NCBI GenBank assembly: GCA_032718475.1
Contig: JAUCBJ010008544.1
Coordinates: 6,248 to 70,247 of the forward strand
Reading direction: 5' to 3'
Length of the DNA stretch: 64,000 nt
Source: Nemertoderma westbladi
Taxonomy: Eukaryota > Animalia > Xenacoelomorpha
In this document: in pieces, positions 45,814 through 57,600 of the stretch
Layout: the number at the start of each line of letters is the position of its first letter
Numbering within the stretch: position 1 is the first letter of the stretch
The notes under the pieces: model-generated
What the model saw: only the letters and a program-made list of their open reading frames with translations
What the model was told of the DNA's origin: nothing
The model's database searches: none
Made by a program: the position numbers and the translations under genes

Positions 45814-46399
45814 TGTGATGGGATCAGGGGATCCCGACCGGTTAGTTTTTGTTACGCGTCGCCGCTCGTTGTTATGAGAAAAGGATATTACAGTAGTTAG
45901 TTGTTGTTCTGATATTGTTAATGCAAATCACCAAATATAATATAATAGCAAGAAATATATATGTAATGTTAATGAATAAGATATAATAGCGTTGTACCGG
46001 TAGTAGCGGTGACGGTACGAAAATGTCACCTAACTGCACTAATTAATGACTGAGTAAACTGAACAACCGACCGGTAGCAGGACGATATATATGTATATAA
46101 ATAGTACACTACTACGACCTTCGTCCAGTGGATACTCTCCCCCCTGCTCTCATTGGCTGTTGGCCCACTTCACGCCTCTCACCTCTGTGGGAGTGCTTCC
46201 CCCCCGCTGCTGTTACTTTCCCTCTCCCAAGAGGTTTGACCTATTACCCCTTTTGTGTGGCTCTTTGGGGCCTTATGTTGTGCCCGTTATTGGGGGTGAT
46301 ACGAGGTTGATTGTAATCAACCTCGTACTCCCCAATATTGCTTAAAACGCCACTTCCCAACTTTATGGGGTCGGTGGGGCGGAATTGAATCCGCTCACA
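45814..46399 (-). repeat. 5' LTR of the outer element
   Basis: Direct repeat of 17191-17782. Confidence 0.95.
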
Positions 46400-47270
46400 T
46401 CGGGTAACAGATAGGTGTAGCGCCTACCCCTAACTTCAGGTGACAGATAGGTGTAGCCCCCACCCCTAACTTCGGGTAACAGATAGGTGTAGCCCCCACC
46501 CCTAACTTCGGGTAACAGATAGGTGTAGCGCCCACCCCTAACTTCGGGTAACAGATAGGTGTAGCCCCCACCCCTAACTTCGGGTAACAGATAGGTGTAG
46601 CCCCCACCCCTAACTTCGGGTAACAGATAGGTGTAGCGCCCACCCCTAACTTCGGGTAACAGATAGGTCTAGCCCCCACCCCTAACTTCGGGCAACAGAT
46701 AGGTGTAGCCCCCACCCCTAACTTCGGGTAACAGATAGGTGTAGCCCCCACCCCTAACTTCGGGTAACAGATAGGAGTAGCCCCCACCCCTAACTTCGGG
46801 TAACAGATAGGAGTAGCTAGCCCCCACCCCTAACTTCGGGTAACGGATAGGAGTAGCTAGCCCCCACCCCTAACTTCAGGTAACAGATAGGAGTAGCCCC
46901 CACCCCTAACTTCGGGTAACAGATAGGAGTAGCCCCCACCCCTAACTTCGGGTAACAGATAGGAGTAGCCCCCCACCCCTAACTTCGGGTAACAGATAGG
47001 AGTAGCTAGCCCCCACCCCTAACTTCGGGTAACGGATAGGAGTAGCTAGCCCCCACCCCTAACTTCGGGTAACAGATAGGTGCAGCCCCCACCCCTAACT
47101 TCGGGTAACAGATAGGTGTAGCCCCCCACCCCTAACTTCGGGTAGCAGATAGGTGTAGCGCCCACCCCTACCCTCGGGTAGCAGATAGGTGTAGCGCCCA
47201 CCCCTAACTTCGGGTAACAGATAGGTGTAGCGCCCACCCCTAACTTCGGGTAACAGATAGGTGTAGCCCT
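46400..47270. repeat. 33-bp minisatellite, right part
   Basis: Same unit as 15903-17190. Confidence 0.97.
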
Positions 47271-47382
47271 CACATGTCATGTGACATGTCATGTCATGTG
47301 TCACATGTGTCACACATGTCATGTCATGTCGTCTGTCGCGGTGTGAATTTATAATTTGTACGGCGCGCATCCGATTAGTATT

Positions 47383-48392
47383 CCAACAAGGGTGTGTGGA
47401 GTGTACGTGTGCCCCCCAACCCCCCCAACAAGGGTGTATGGAGTGTACGTGTGCCCCCCAACCCCCCCAACAAGGGTGTGTGGAGTGTACGTGTGCCCCC
47501 CAACCCCCCCAACAAGGGTGTGTGGAGTGTACGTGTGCCCCCCAACCCCCCCAACAAGGGTGTATGGAGTGTACGTGTGCCCCCCAACCCCCCCAACAAG
47601 GGTGTGTGGAGTGTACGTGTGCCCCCCAACCCCCCCAACAAGGGTGTATGGAGTGTACGTGTGCCCCCCAACCCCCCCAACAAGGGTGTATGGAGTGTAC
47701 GTGTTCCCCCCAACCCCCCCAACAAGGGTGTGTGGAGTGTACGTGTGCCCCCCAACCCCCCCAACAAGGGTGTATGGAGTGTACGTGTGCCCCCCAACCC
47801 CCCCAACAAGGGTGTGTGGAGTGTACGTGTGCCCCCCAACCCCCCCAACAAGGGTGTATGGAGTGTACGTGTTCCCCCCAACCCCCCCAACAAGGGTGTG
47901 TGGAGTGTACGTGTTCCCCCCAACCCCCCCAACAAGGGTGTGTGGAGTGTACGTGTGCCCCCCAACCCCCCCCAACAAGGGTGTATGGAGTGTACGTGTT
48001 CCCCCCAACCCCCCCAACAAGGGTGTGTGGAGTGTACGTGTTCCCCCCAACCCCCCCAACAAGGGTGTATGGAGTGTACGTGTGCCCCCCAACCCCCCCA
48101 ACAAGGGTGTATGGAGTGTACGTGTGCCCCCCAACCCCCCCAACAAGGGTGTATGGAGTGTACGTGTTCCCCCCAACCCCCCCCAACAAGGGTGTATGGA
48201 GTGTACGTGTTCCCCCCAACCCCCCCAACAAGGGTGTATGGAGTGTACGTGTTCCCCCCAACCCCCCCAACAAGGGTGTGTGGAGTGTACGTGTTCCCCC
48301 CAACCCCCCCAACAAGGGTGTGTGGAGTGTACGTGTTCCCCCAACCCCCCCAACAAGGGTGTGTGGAGTGTACGTGTTCCCCCCAACCCCCC
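47383..48392. repeat. 37-bp minisatellite (CCAACAAGGGTGTGTGGAGTGTACGTGTGCCCCCCAACCCC-type), about 27 units
   Basis: Seen directly. Confidence 0.97.
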
Positions 48393-48401
48393 ACCCCTTA
48401 A

Positions 48402-50789
48402 CCCTTTTAAGTACAGCAAACGGGCGGTGCCCGTTGATGACATGCGCGGCGGACGGGCACCGCCGTCACAATTCTATGCTTTGCTATAGTGATTTGTTAT
48501 GGCGCCGGATTTCAATGCAGTACATTCCCTGACCCTTACCCTCATAGCCGGCAGAAATGCAGGCCTATATGTAAGTGTATAATTAGCCTATGACGCAGTC
48601 CCTCCAGCTGATAACACTTGTGTGTAACTGAATTTCTACATAAGTTTTCCCTATTGACTGCTTTCCTCGACCCTTCTATTAGATAGTAATGGATAGCGTA
48701 ATATTAATAAACCATACCATGCTGGAGTATTATTGGTCACATACATGGCCATAAGTGATTTTATATACAGTAACATTGGTACCGGTATAAATTAAATTAA
48801 TATTTGAGGTTGGACTGCAAACGGTTAGGTATTGCATTATATGTTGACAAGTCCCTAAAAGGTGCCACCCTGCTCCATTGCGCGGGAAATTCAAATGATT
48901 GAAAGACATGTTATTTGTACTGGAAAGGGTGGCAGATCAGATCTGCCACCTATATATTGGCGGTAAATTCAAATCTGTTTTAACATTGAATACATGAATA
49001 GAGTAAGACCAATCTTCCAATGTAATTCATTGAATCAGAATAAATTATTTATTATCGGTTTAACTCACTCATCCGTTAATGTTGTTGATTTATCTATTCT
49101 GGGACTTCGAGCAGCACGTGAACAACTAAACCAGCACGCTAACTACCGCTAGTTTGGGGCTTCGAGCACCACGTGAACAACTAAACTGGCTGGTTTCCTA
49201 GTCTGGGACTTCGAGCAGCACGTGAACAACTAAACCAGCACGTTAACTAGTCTGGGACTTCGAGCAGCACGTGTACAACTAAGCTGCCTGGTTAACAAGT
49301 CTGGGACTTCGAGCAGCACGTAAACAACTAAAGCTGACTGGTTAACTAGTCTGGGACAAATATAGCAGTATAGGCAGAAGCATTATACACCTATTGTTAT
49401 TACAGTAGGCCTACCTGCGAAATATTTTACTATCAGTTCCCTGCTATATTGTTATAATTATATTGTTCAGATGTAATTATAACTGATACAAGCAAATAAC
49501 AAATGTTCTTTACATTTTACTGATAGAAGTTAAGCCAAATACCTCGATCCACCCCCCTTCTCAATTTGCAAGTTTACTCGAAGTCCCAGACTAGTTAACC
49601 AGTCAGCTTAGTTGTTCACGTGCTACTGGAAGTCCCAGACTAGTTAACGTGCTGGCTTAGTTGTTCACGTGCTGCTCGAAGTCCCAGACTAGGTATCCAG
49701 CCAGTTTATTTGTTCACGTGCTGCTCTATGCCCCAGACTAGTTAACGTGCTGGTTTAGTTGTTCACGTGCTGCTCGAAGCCCCAGACTAGTTAACCAGTC
49801 AGCTTGTTGTTCACGTGCTGCTCGAAGTCCCAGACTAGGTATCCAGCCAGTTTATTTGTTCACGTGCTGCTCTATGCCCCAGACTAGTTAACGTGCTGGT
49901 TTAGTTGTTCACGTGCTGCTCGAAGTCCCAGACTAGTTAACCAGTCAGCTTAGTTGTTCACGTGCTGCTCGAAGTCTCAGACTAGTTAACCAGTCAGATT
50001 AGTTGTTCACGTGCTGCTCGAAGTCCCAGACTAGTTAACCAGTCAGCTTAGTTGTTCACGTGCTACTGGAAGTCCCATACTATAGTTAACCAGTCAGCTT
50101 AGTTGCTCACGTGCTGCTCGAAGCCCCAAACTAGTTAACGTGCTGGTTTAGTTTTAGTTGTTCACGTGCTGCTCGAAGTCCCAGACTAGGTATCCAGCCA
50201 GTTTATTTGTTCACGTGCTGCTCTATGCCCCAGACTACAAGTTAACGTCAGGTTTAGTTGTTCACGTGCTGCTCGAAGTCCCAGACTACCAGAATAGATA
50301 AAACAACAACAATAATGGATGAGTGAGTTAAACCGATAAGAAATAATTTATTCTGATTCAATGAATTACATTTAGTCTTACTCTATTCTTGTATTCAATG
50401 TTAAAACAGATTTGAATTAACCGCCAAAATATAGGTAGCAGATCTGATCTGCCACCCTTTCCAGTACAAAATTTCATGTCTTTCAATCATTTGAATTACC
50501 CGCGCTATGGAGCAGGGTGGCACCTTTTAGGGACTTGTTTATATGTTGTACTCTGTATGCATTCCTTTCTGTAATTATACAAATTATCTATTATAATATT
50601 ATTTTATGTTGTAATATATGTTTTTAAAATAATTTTTTATTAATTTTTTGAAATTTAAAATTTTTAAAACTTTTGAATTTTTTTTACTTTTTTTTGTTTT
50701 TCAATTTCCGGGATTTTGAGAAATTAAAAAAAAAATTTCTATAGCCGGATCTCAGTGCAGGAAATATTTATTAAGCCGTAGTTAAAGGG
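48402..50789. mobile_element. TTAA-flanked non-autonomous DNA transposon (piggyBac-like ends)
   Basis: TTAA|CCCTTTTAAGTACAGC ... GCCGTAGTTAAAGGG|TTAA; imperfect ~15-bp TIRs with TTAA at 48398-48401 and 50790-50793. Confidence 0.6.
48847..50538. mobile_element. Foldback/Mutator-like non-autonomous element
   Basis: ~250-bp TIRs (ACAAGTCCCTAAAAGGTGCCACCCTGCTCC...), inner inverted arrays of a ~45-50-bp unit (CTGGGACTTCGAGCAGCACGTGAACAACTAA), 10-bp TSD TTATATGTTG (48837-48846, 50539-50548). Confidence 0.88.
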
Positions 50790-51112
50790 TTAATTCTTAA
50801 ATAAAGGAGGACATTCCCCTTTAGAAACATCTAAATCCGCCACTGTAGGTGATTGTAATTAATATACAGAATATGTATGTACATATGTACCTATATACAC
50901 TACCTACCTACATATATATATTTATACAATATACCATGGAAATTTGAATTTCCCTCTCACTAACACGAAGTTCGTATTATATATTTTTTTATGTTTCATG
51001 TCCCCTTAGGGACTCCATTTACTGTATTTCTGCAAAGCTTACCGGTATTTCTAATTTAGTCGTCTAATTTAATTTAGTTTAAATTTCATGCGTAACTTTG
51101 TAATAATTTCCC

Positions 51113-52210
51113 ATGGCGATAGCCCAAAGTATGATAACAAACATTGAGGAAAACATGAACCACTCAACCGAGCAGCCATCACTAGTCGCTATGATGCCAT
51201 TGAGACGCTGTGGTTCTCACGCGATTCGTTTTCGGTTGAACATGTCACCTGAGGTGACATCACCATACCCGTTACACGTAATCGACTATTTGCGAATTGT
51301 CCCTAGTGATTGTGATTTGGGAGATGTGGAACATTGGAAACAAATGATTAGAGATGTGGTTGGTCTTCAAAACACTTTGATGGTGCCCTGGAAAGGCATA
51401 AATTTTCAAGAAGAGGCCGTTGTCAATGAACTGATAGATTATCCAAAAAGATCCGTTCACACGGTTGTTGCCCATCTTCTCAAAGCTTACGGTAAAGCCA
51501 ATTCCGCCAGTATTGTTATTGATAAATCACTTGATTGTGTCCACTATGCTAGCGAGTACATGGATGCTTTTCCTTCCCTGAAATTTATTCATATTGTTCG
51601 CGATCCAAGAGCTCAAGTTAATAGCATGAATGAAGCCATAATCCATGAGTTTTCCACTCTTAGCAATGCTCTCATCTGGTTGGATGCATACGAGAAGGCG
51701 GAACATTTGGTTGCCAAGTATCCAAGTCGGTGTGTGTCCATTCGTTTTGAAGATTTCATCAACGACCAAGAAAATGTACTCAAAAAAATTTGTAATTTTC
51801 TCAACATCCAATTTTCGCCGGAGATGCTTGATATTTCAAGGTCCACAGAAGCAAATGAATTGTCTAAGAAATCGGCTCTTTGGAAGTACAACGCACTTGG
51901 CCCGGTTGCGGCCAACATTGACAAGTTTCGCAAGAAGTTGTGTGACGATGATATTCAAATTATTGAGTCTCTTTGCGGTCATCTAATGAAAAAGTACGGC
52001 TACCACAAAATATTTCCAGAAATGTGCATTGATGTCACGGATAAAATGAAAGCAGACGCGAGGAAGCGAAGTGACGATGGTCGCACAGAGGCATGGAAAG
52101 CCCTGGAATGTGATCCGGAGTTTCCCGATGACTACAAATTAAGAAATAATCGGAATGAATTCTTAGCATGTTGCAAACGCCGTTTTGAACAAAAAAAAAT
52201 CTTGACTTAG
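51113..52210 (+). CDS. PAPS-dependent sulfotransferase family protein, single coding exon
   Basis: 5'-PSB-like PLRRCGSH, IDKS, 3'-PB-like FIHIVRDPRAQVNS, IRFEDFI..ICNFL, IIESLCGHLMKKYGY; AATAAA at about 52338. Confidence 0.8.
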   Translation: MAIAQSMITNIEENMNHSTEQPSLVAMMPLRRCGSHAIRFRLNMSPEVTSPYPLHVIDYLRIVPSDCDLGDVEHWKQMIRDVVGLQNTLMVPWKGINFQEEAVVNELIDYPKRSVHTVVAHLLKAYGKANSASIVIDKSLDCVHYASEYMDAFPSLKFIHIVRDPRAQVNSMNEAIIHEFSTLSNALIWLDAYEKAEHLVAKYPSRCVSIRFEDFINDQENVLKKICNFLNIQFSPEMLDISRSTEANELSKKSALWKYNALGPVAANIDKFRKKLCDDDIQIIESLCGHLMKKYGYHKIFPEMCIDVTDKMKADARKRSDDGRTEAWKALECDPEFPDDYKLRNNRNEFLACCKRRFEQKKILT

Positions 52211-53459
52211 AAAATCAACGTATCAATAGCCATTCTCATCTTGGATAATTTTAATGGTTACGATTCTGTCGTTAATTGTCATTTTCTTGACTCTTTGTTT
52301 TCTATTAAAATAGCTTTGTACTCTAATAGGTGTCTCAATAAATAATAATAATTATGTACTAATTCCTTAATGTTTATTAGTAAATTACATGATTAAAAGT
52401 ATTATATATCACAAGTATTATCAATATATCTCCGTTGATGTTTTCACCTGCGACAGCACTCAGTCACAGTAAAAATCGAAAAAATGGCCTCACACAATGT
52501 GAATAACCGTAGATAAAATTCGTAAAAGTAATTCTGCCAAGTTTCGTGACAGCATATCGTCGCCAAATCGCATGTAAAAAGTCAAACGTCTAGTGACCAT
52601 TCACCAGCAGCACTAAACTGGCATACACTGTAAGCATTTATACAAAAATTGCAACATGGCAGTTTAACAAAATTAGTAAACATATGCATGCATATATATC
52701 AAAATAACATTGTCGTTCTATTTTTTCAAATTAATTACGCAATAGACACAGAGCTGGATTTAGATTGTAGGAGGGAATCACTTTGTAGGGAACTGGCAGT
52801 AAGGGAAATCAACGATTATCTGATGAATCGATGAATCTGATGTTTCTAGAATTTTTTAAAATTATTTGGTTGAGTGATTAATACCAGTAATTCAAGTTAT
52901 TTCGTTGTGCGAGCGCCTAGGTCACTAAGTATAGGCGCTATATAAATAACTCTATAATGTTATAATAAATCTATAACTCTATAATGTCGGCTGGACTGAC
53001 CCGTCCCAACCGACAGCCTATTTACATACAGGTTGCTTCGTACTTTACAATATCTCTGCAGCAAGGGCTACCTACTGTAACATAGTGAAGATATGGCTTT
53101 TTTTAAATATTATTGTCCTTCTCGCCGGCGGCAATTTTATTCTATAGGATTATGGATTAAATGCGAGTGAAAAGCTGTAGAAAATCCAAGATTATTAAAA
53201 CTCGCTCTTATGAAGAATATTAGGTCATTTTTCGGTTGAAATTATATTTAAATTTTATATATGGAGCATATTTGTATTTCTTTAATTTATCCTAATTTTT
53301 AAGTGTTTTATAGCGCTTATTCCTTTTTATAACCTGCAAAGATAGTAATTCGTTTATTGTTTTGGTTAAATTCAGCCGTTACGTAACCTTCACTTAATAT
53401 TCTTAACATGGGGGTATACTGCGAAGTGTAATGTAGCAACGGGCATGAAAGGCTGTGTG

Positions 53460-53531
53460 GACCCTGGCGGGGCTTGAACATAGAACCGATAGCTTAAAGA
53501 CTGAGCGCTCAACCAACTAAGCTACCCCGAC
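53460..53531 (-). pseudogene. tRNA pseudogene or tRNA-derived SINE head
   Basis: Minus strand reads GTCGGGGTAGCTTAGTTGGTTGAGCGCTCAGTCTTTAAG...GTTCAAGCCCCGCCAGGG; stems are imperfect. Confidence 0.55.
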
Positions 53532-54195
53532 GTTATAGGGCAATTCCACCATTGATGTAACACTTACGTCGAAAATAAAAAGTCATCTAATCGGCATAAT
53601 TTGGGTATCAAAATGACGGCAAAGAATGAAATTTTTAATAAAAGTGACGGATTTTTAATATTGAAATTGATAAATTTATTTCCATCATATGGTAAAATTT
53701 GTGAATGATTAAAAAACAAACATGAGCATTTTTTACTTTAAAAAGACTAATTAAAAACGATTTAGTGATATAAAAGTGAAGAGTTAGTTTACAAAGTATT
53801 TACAAAGGTGTAGATTCTGGAGCTGGGTCGGGGCGTTGTAAGCTCATAAGAAACGGAGCTACTCTCAAGTTGCTTCGGCAGGGTGGAATTTTACTACATG
53901 AGTTGTAATGCTCATGGCTAATTGCTGGATTACCGCATAACCAGCAAATACAACCCTCTGTTGGGCGCCAGCATCGGGGGTCGCTGCAGAGTTTTTGTAA
54001 AGACATTGTAGGTCAATAGGGCAACTATTTGGATCATCTACTGCAAGCAGGATGGCTGTTGACGAGGAATATCGGCTGATGCCACACCATAGCGAATTTT
54101 AATATTCTTGAGGGTAACAACTGTTTTTTCGATTATTGATAGTAACAATGTGTTGTTGGCAAGCTGTATTTTTCGAGGTGTTTGTTATTATACAT

Positions 54196-54354
54196 TTATT
54201 ATAGGAATGGATCTAGGGGTCTTAAACTCGAATGATAAGTTTATTTTACCGAAAATAACTTATCGTTTATTTAATCCCAATAAAAGATAAGTTATTTTCG
54301 GTAAAATAAACTTATCATTCGAGGTTAAGACCCCTAGATCCATTCCTATAATAA
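54196..54354. mobile_element. Short near-perfect palindrome (MITE-like, ~69-bp arms)
   Basis: TTATTATAGGAATGGATCTAGGGGTCTT... / ...AAGACCCCTAGATCCATTCCTATAATAA. Confidence 0.75.
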
Positions 54355-55142
54355 CTGGTTTTTCATTATTCAATATGAGGAAATTTTTTTACGTATTTTC
54401 AAATTTGCAGAAATTAATCCATGTCATTTTTGACATAATCTTACTACCATTGAAATTGTCTGATTAAACAGGTAATTCACCAACCGAAAATTCAACATTT
54501 ATTAAAAGCTATTGATGATAAAAATTTGAATATAGACAGCGTAGCATTGTGTATTCAAAGTTTCAAATATTTTAGATTTGGCCTACAGAATTATGTGAGT
54601 CCGTAACGAAAAGTACTCAAAGTTTTAATTTGGAGTAGGCCTACACCCCCGCATGTATATTGCACTGATAATCATTTTCCTTTGGGTTTACAACCTTTGG
54701 GTTTGTAGGTTAGGTAAGAATCATTCTGCTTTTTATACATTATTCACTATGTAAACTGAAAGTATTCAGCTCCTTTTATTCCTTTAATCCTGTCTCTTAC
54801 GTCTAATACTGACATTTCTGGTGCTGAAAGGGCCAAACGGCATATATCACGGATGACAGAAATTACTGACCAAGATGTTATAGTATGATACCCTCGAAGT
54901 TCGCCAAGATTTCATGAAACGAGTGAGCGAATGATGGATTGTGTGATACAAAAAAATCGCCCATTAGGCCAGGGATTATGCACAAAGTCTCAATAATTAT
55001 TACCAATGCGTCCCCCAAGACCTATAGATTCCCCAGAAGAAACTCCAGTACTCATTTAGCTACCATTTACGGAAGGAAGCCCTGGCTAATAAGTTTGTTT
55101 ATTGTCTTTAAAGTATTCGTGCCGAAACGAAAACTACCCTGC

Positions 55143-55226
55143 TAGCCCTCATGATGGGATCGAACCCACGACCCAAGAAGAGATGTGATTTCAATGCCAC
55201 TGATTTAACCAACTACGCCAAAGTGG
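55143..55226 (-). other. tRNA-derived SINE-like head
   Basis: Minus-strand A box TGGCGTAGTTGG and B box GGTTCGATCCC. Confidence 0.5.
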
Positions 55227-55899
55227 AATAACTTAAGTACAGTGATAGTTAATTCATAAATACAACGAAATACTGTTCAAAATTTATTTTCCAGCATAAA
55301 AAATTTTTCGTGAACGTGGTATTTATGTTTTTAAAGAACTAGAAATTGGTCATTTTAACAATGAAATTATAGGATATTAAATATACACTACTATAATACA
55401 CACACCAAATATGCCTACTCAATCTCATAGATATGATGTACAATTAACTTCATGAACACTACTAAAGATATATCTAATAGTGATTCTTAAGGTACATTGT
55501 GAAAGGTATATAAGTAATAAAGATATTTATTGAATAAACACCATAAATATTCATTGGTCGTTGCTCTTTTTTTTCTTAGCAATATAAAGAGTGCATAACG
55601 ATTTCAAGTGTGAGTCCGTAACATTTTTTTCTGTGAGTCCGTAACGAACAATTTCTCTATAAATGAGATTTACCACCATATGTTTCTGCTATTAACTTAC
55701 AAATTTACAAAATTTGATGTATCTACCTCGCATTGTGAAAGTTATAACGTATGGCGTTAAACATTTCAAGAGAATTTGTCAAAATAAAATTGGGTAATTT
55801 TTCTTTGTCCAATTGCATGTGAGTCCGTAACGGGCACTATATTTACAATATACTATGAATCAAATGAGATACACAACTCTTTTTTATAAGTCAAAGTAA

Positions 55900-57600
55900 A
55901 CCACTGGGTGCCCACTCCCCACCACTGGTACCCACCAATCACTACTGGGTGCGTACCCCTCACCACTGTTTGTGCACCCCTCACCACTAGGTGTGCACCC
56001 CTCACCACTGGTACCCACCCCTCACCACTGGTACCCACCAATCACCACTGGGTGTACGCTCCTCTGGACTGGGTGCCCACCCCTCACTACTGGGTACCCA
56101 CCCACCCATCACCACTTGGTGCCCACCCCCCACCACTGGTACCCACCAATCACCACTGGGTGCATGCTCCTCTACACTGGATGACCACCCCTCACCACTG
56201 GGTACCCACCCGTCACCAGTGGTACCCACCCATCACCACTGGATGCCCACCCCTCACCACTGGTACCCACCCATCACCACTTGGTGCCCACCCGTCACCA
56301 GTGGTACCCACCCATCACCACTGGATGCCCACCCCTCACCACTGGTACCCACCTATCACCACTCACTGGGGTGCCCAGGCCCACCCCTCACTACTGGGTA
56401 TCCGCCCCTCACCATTTGGTGCCCACCCCTCACCACTGGTACCCACCAATCACCACTGGGTGTACGCTCCTCAGCACTGGGTACCCATCCCTCAGCACTT
56501 GGTTCCCACCCCTCACCATGGGTACCCACCCATCACCATTGGGTGCCCATCCCTCACCAGTGGTACCCACCAATCACCACTGGGTGCATGCTCCTCTACA
56601 CTGGATAACCACCCCTCACCACTGGGTACCCACCCATCACCACTTGGTGCCCACCCGTTACCAGTGGTACCCACCCATCACCACTGGATGCCCACCCCTC
56701 ACCACTGGTACCCACCTATCACCACTCACTGGGGTGCCCTGCCCAGGCCCACCCCTCACTACTGGGTATCCGCCCCTCACCATTTGGTGCCCACCCCTTA
56801 CCAGTGGTACCCACCCTCACCATGGGGTACCCACCCCTCACCACTTGATGCCCGCCCCTCAACAGTGGTACCCACCCATCACCACTGGGGGCCTACCCCT
56901 CACCACTGGGTACCCACCCCTCACTACTGGGAGCCCATGCCCACCCGTCACCACTTGGTGCCCACCCCTCACCAGTGGTACCCAACCCACCCATCACCAC
57001 TTGGTGCCCACCTATCACCACTTGGTGCCCACCCCTCACCACTTGATGCCCTCCCCTCACCACTTCGAGCCCACCTCTCACCACTGGGTACCCACCCATC
57101 ACCATTGGGTGAAAACCTCTCACCACTGGGTACCCACCCCTCACCACTTGGTGCCCACCCCTCACCAGTGGTACCCAACCCACCCATCAACACTGGGTGC
57201 CCACCCCTCACCACTTGGTACCCTCCCTTCACCACTGGGTGCCCACCCCTCACCACTTGGTGCCCACCCCTCACCACTGTGTACCCACCCCTCACCACTT
57301 GGTGCCCACCTCTCACCACTGGGTACCCACACTGGGTGAGCTGAGCACACCTCACCACTGGTTACCCACCCATCACTACTGGGTGCCCATGACCACCCCT
57401 CGCCACTGGGTGCCCACCCCACACCACTTGGTGCCCACCACTCACCAGTGGTACCCAACCCACCCATCACCACTTGGTGCCCACCCATCACCACTTGGTG
57501 CCCACCTATCACCACTGGGTACCCACCCCTCACCACTGGGTGAGCACCACCCACCACTGGGTACACACCCATCACCACTTGGTGCCCACCCCTCACCAAA
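55900..57600. repeat. Degenerate ~21-bp minisatellite (CCCACCCCTCACCACTGGGTA/TG)
   Basis: Seen directly. Confidence 0.92.

Larger units (their letters stand above)
17191..46399 (-). mobile_element. BEL/Pao LTR retrotransposon (outer, degenerate), about 9.7 kb excluding the nested insert
   Basis: LTRs at 17191-17782 and 45814-46399 (TG...CA), 5-bp TSD TCGGG (17186-17190, 46400-46404), fragmented gag-PR-RT-RH-IN on the minus strand. Confidence 0.95.

Noticed and set aside
47383-48392. CRISPR-like periodicity of the 33-bp and 37-bp arrays
   Set aside because: Head-to-tail repeats with no unique spacers, no cas genes, eukaryotic context.
53460-53531. Functional tRNA gene
   Set aside because: Acceptor, anticodon and T stems pair poorly; treated as a pseudogene or SINE head.
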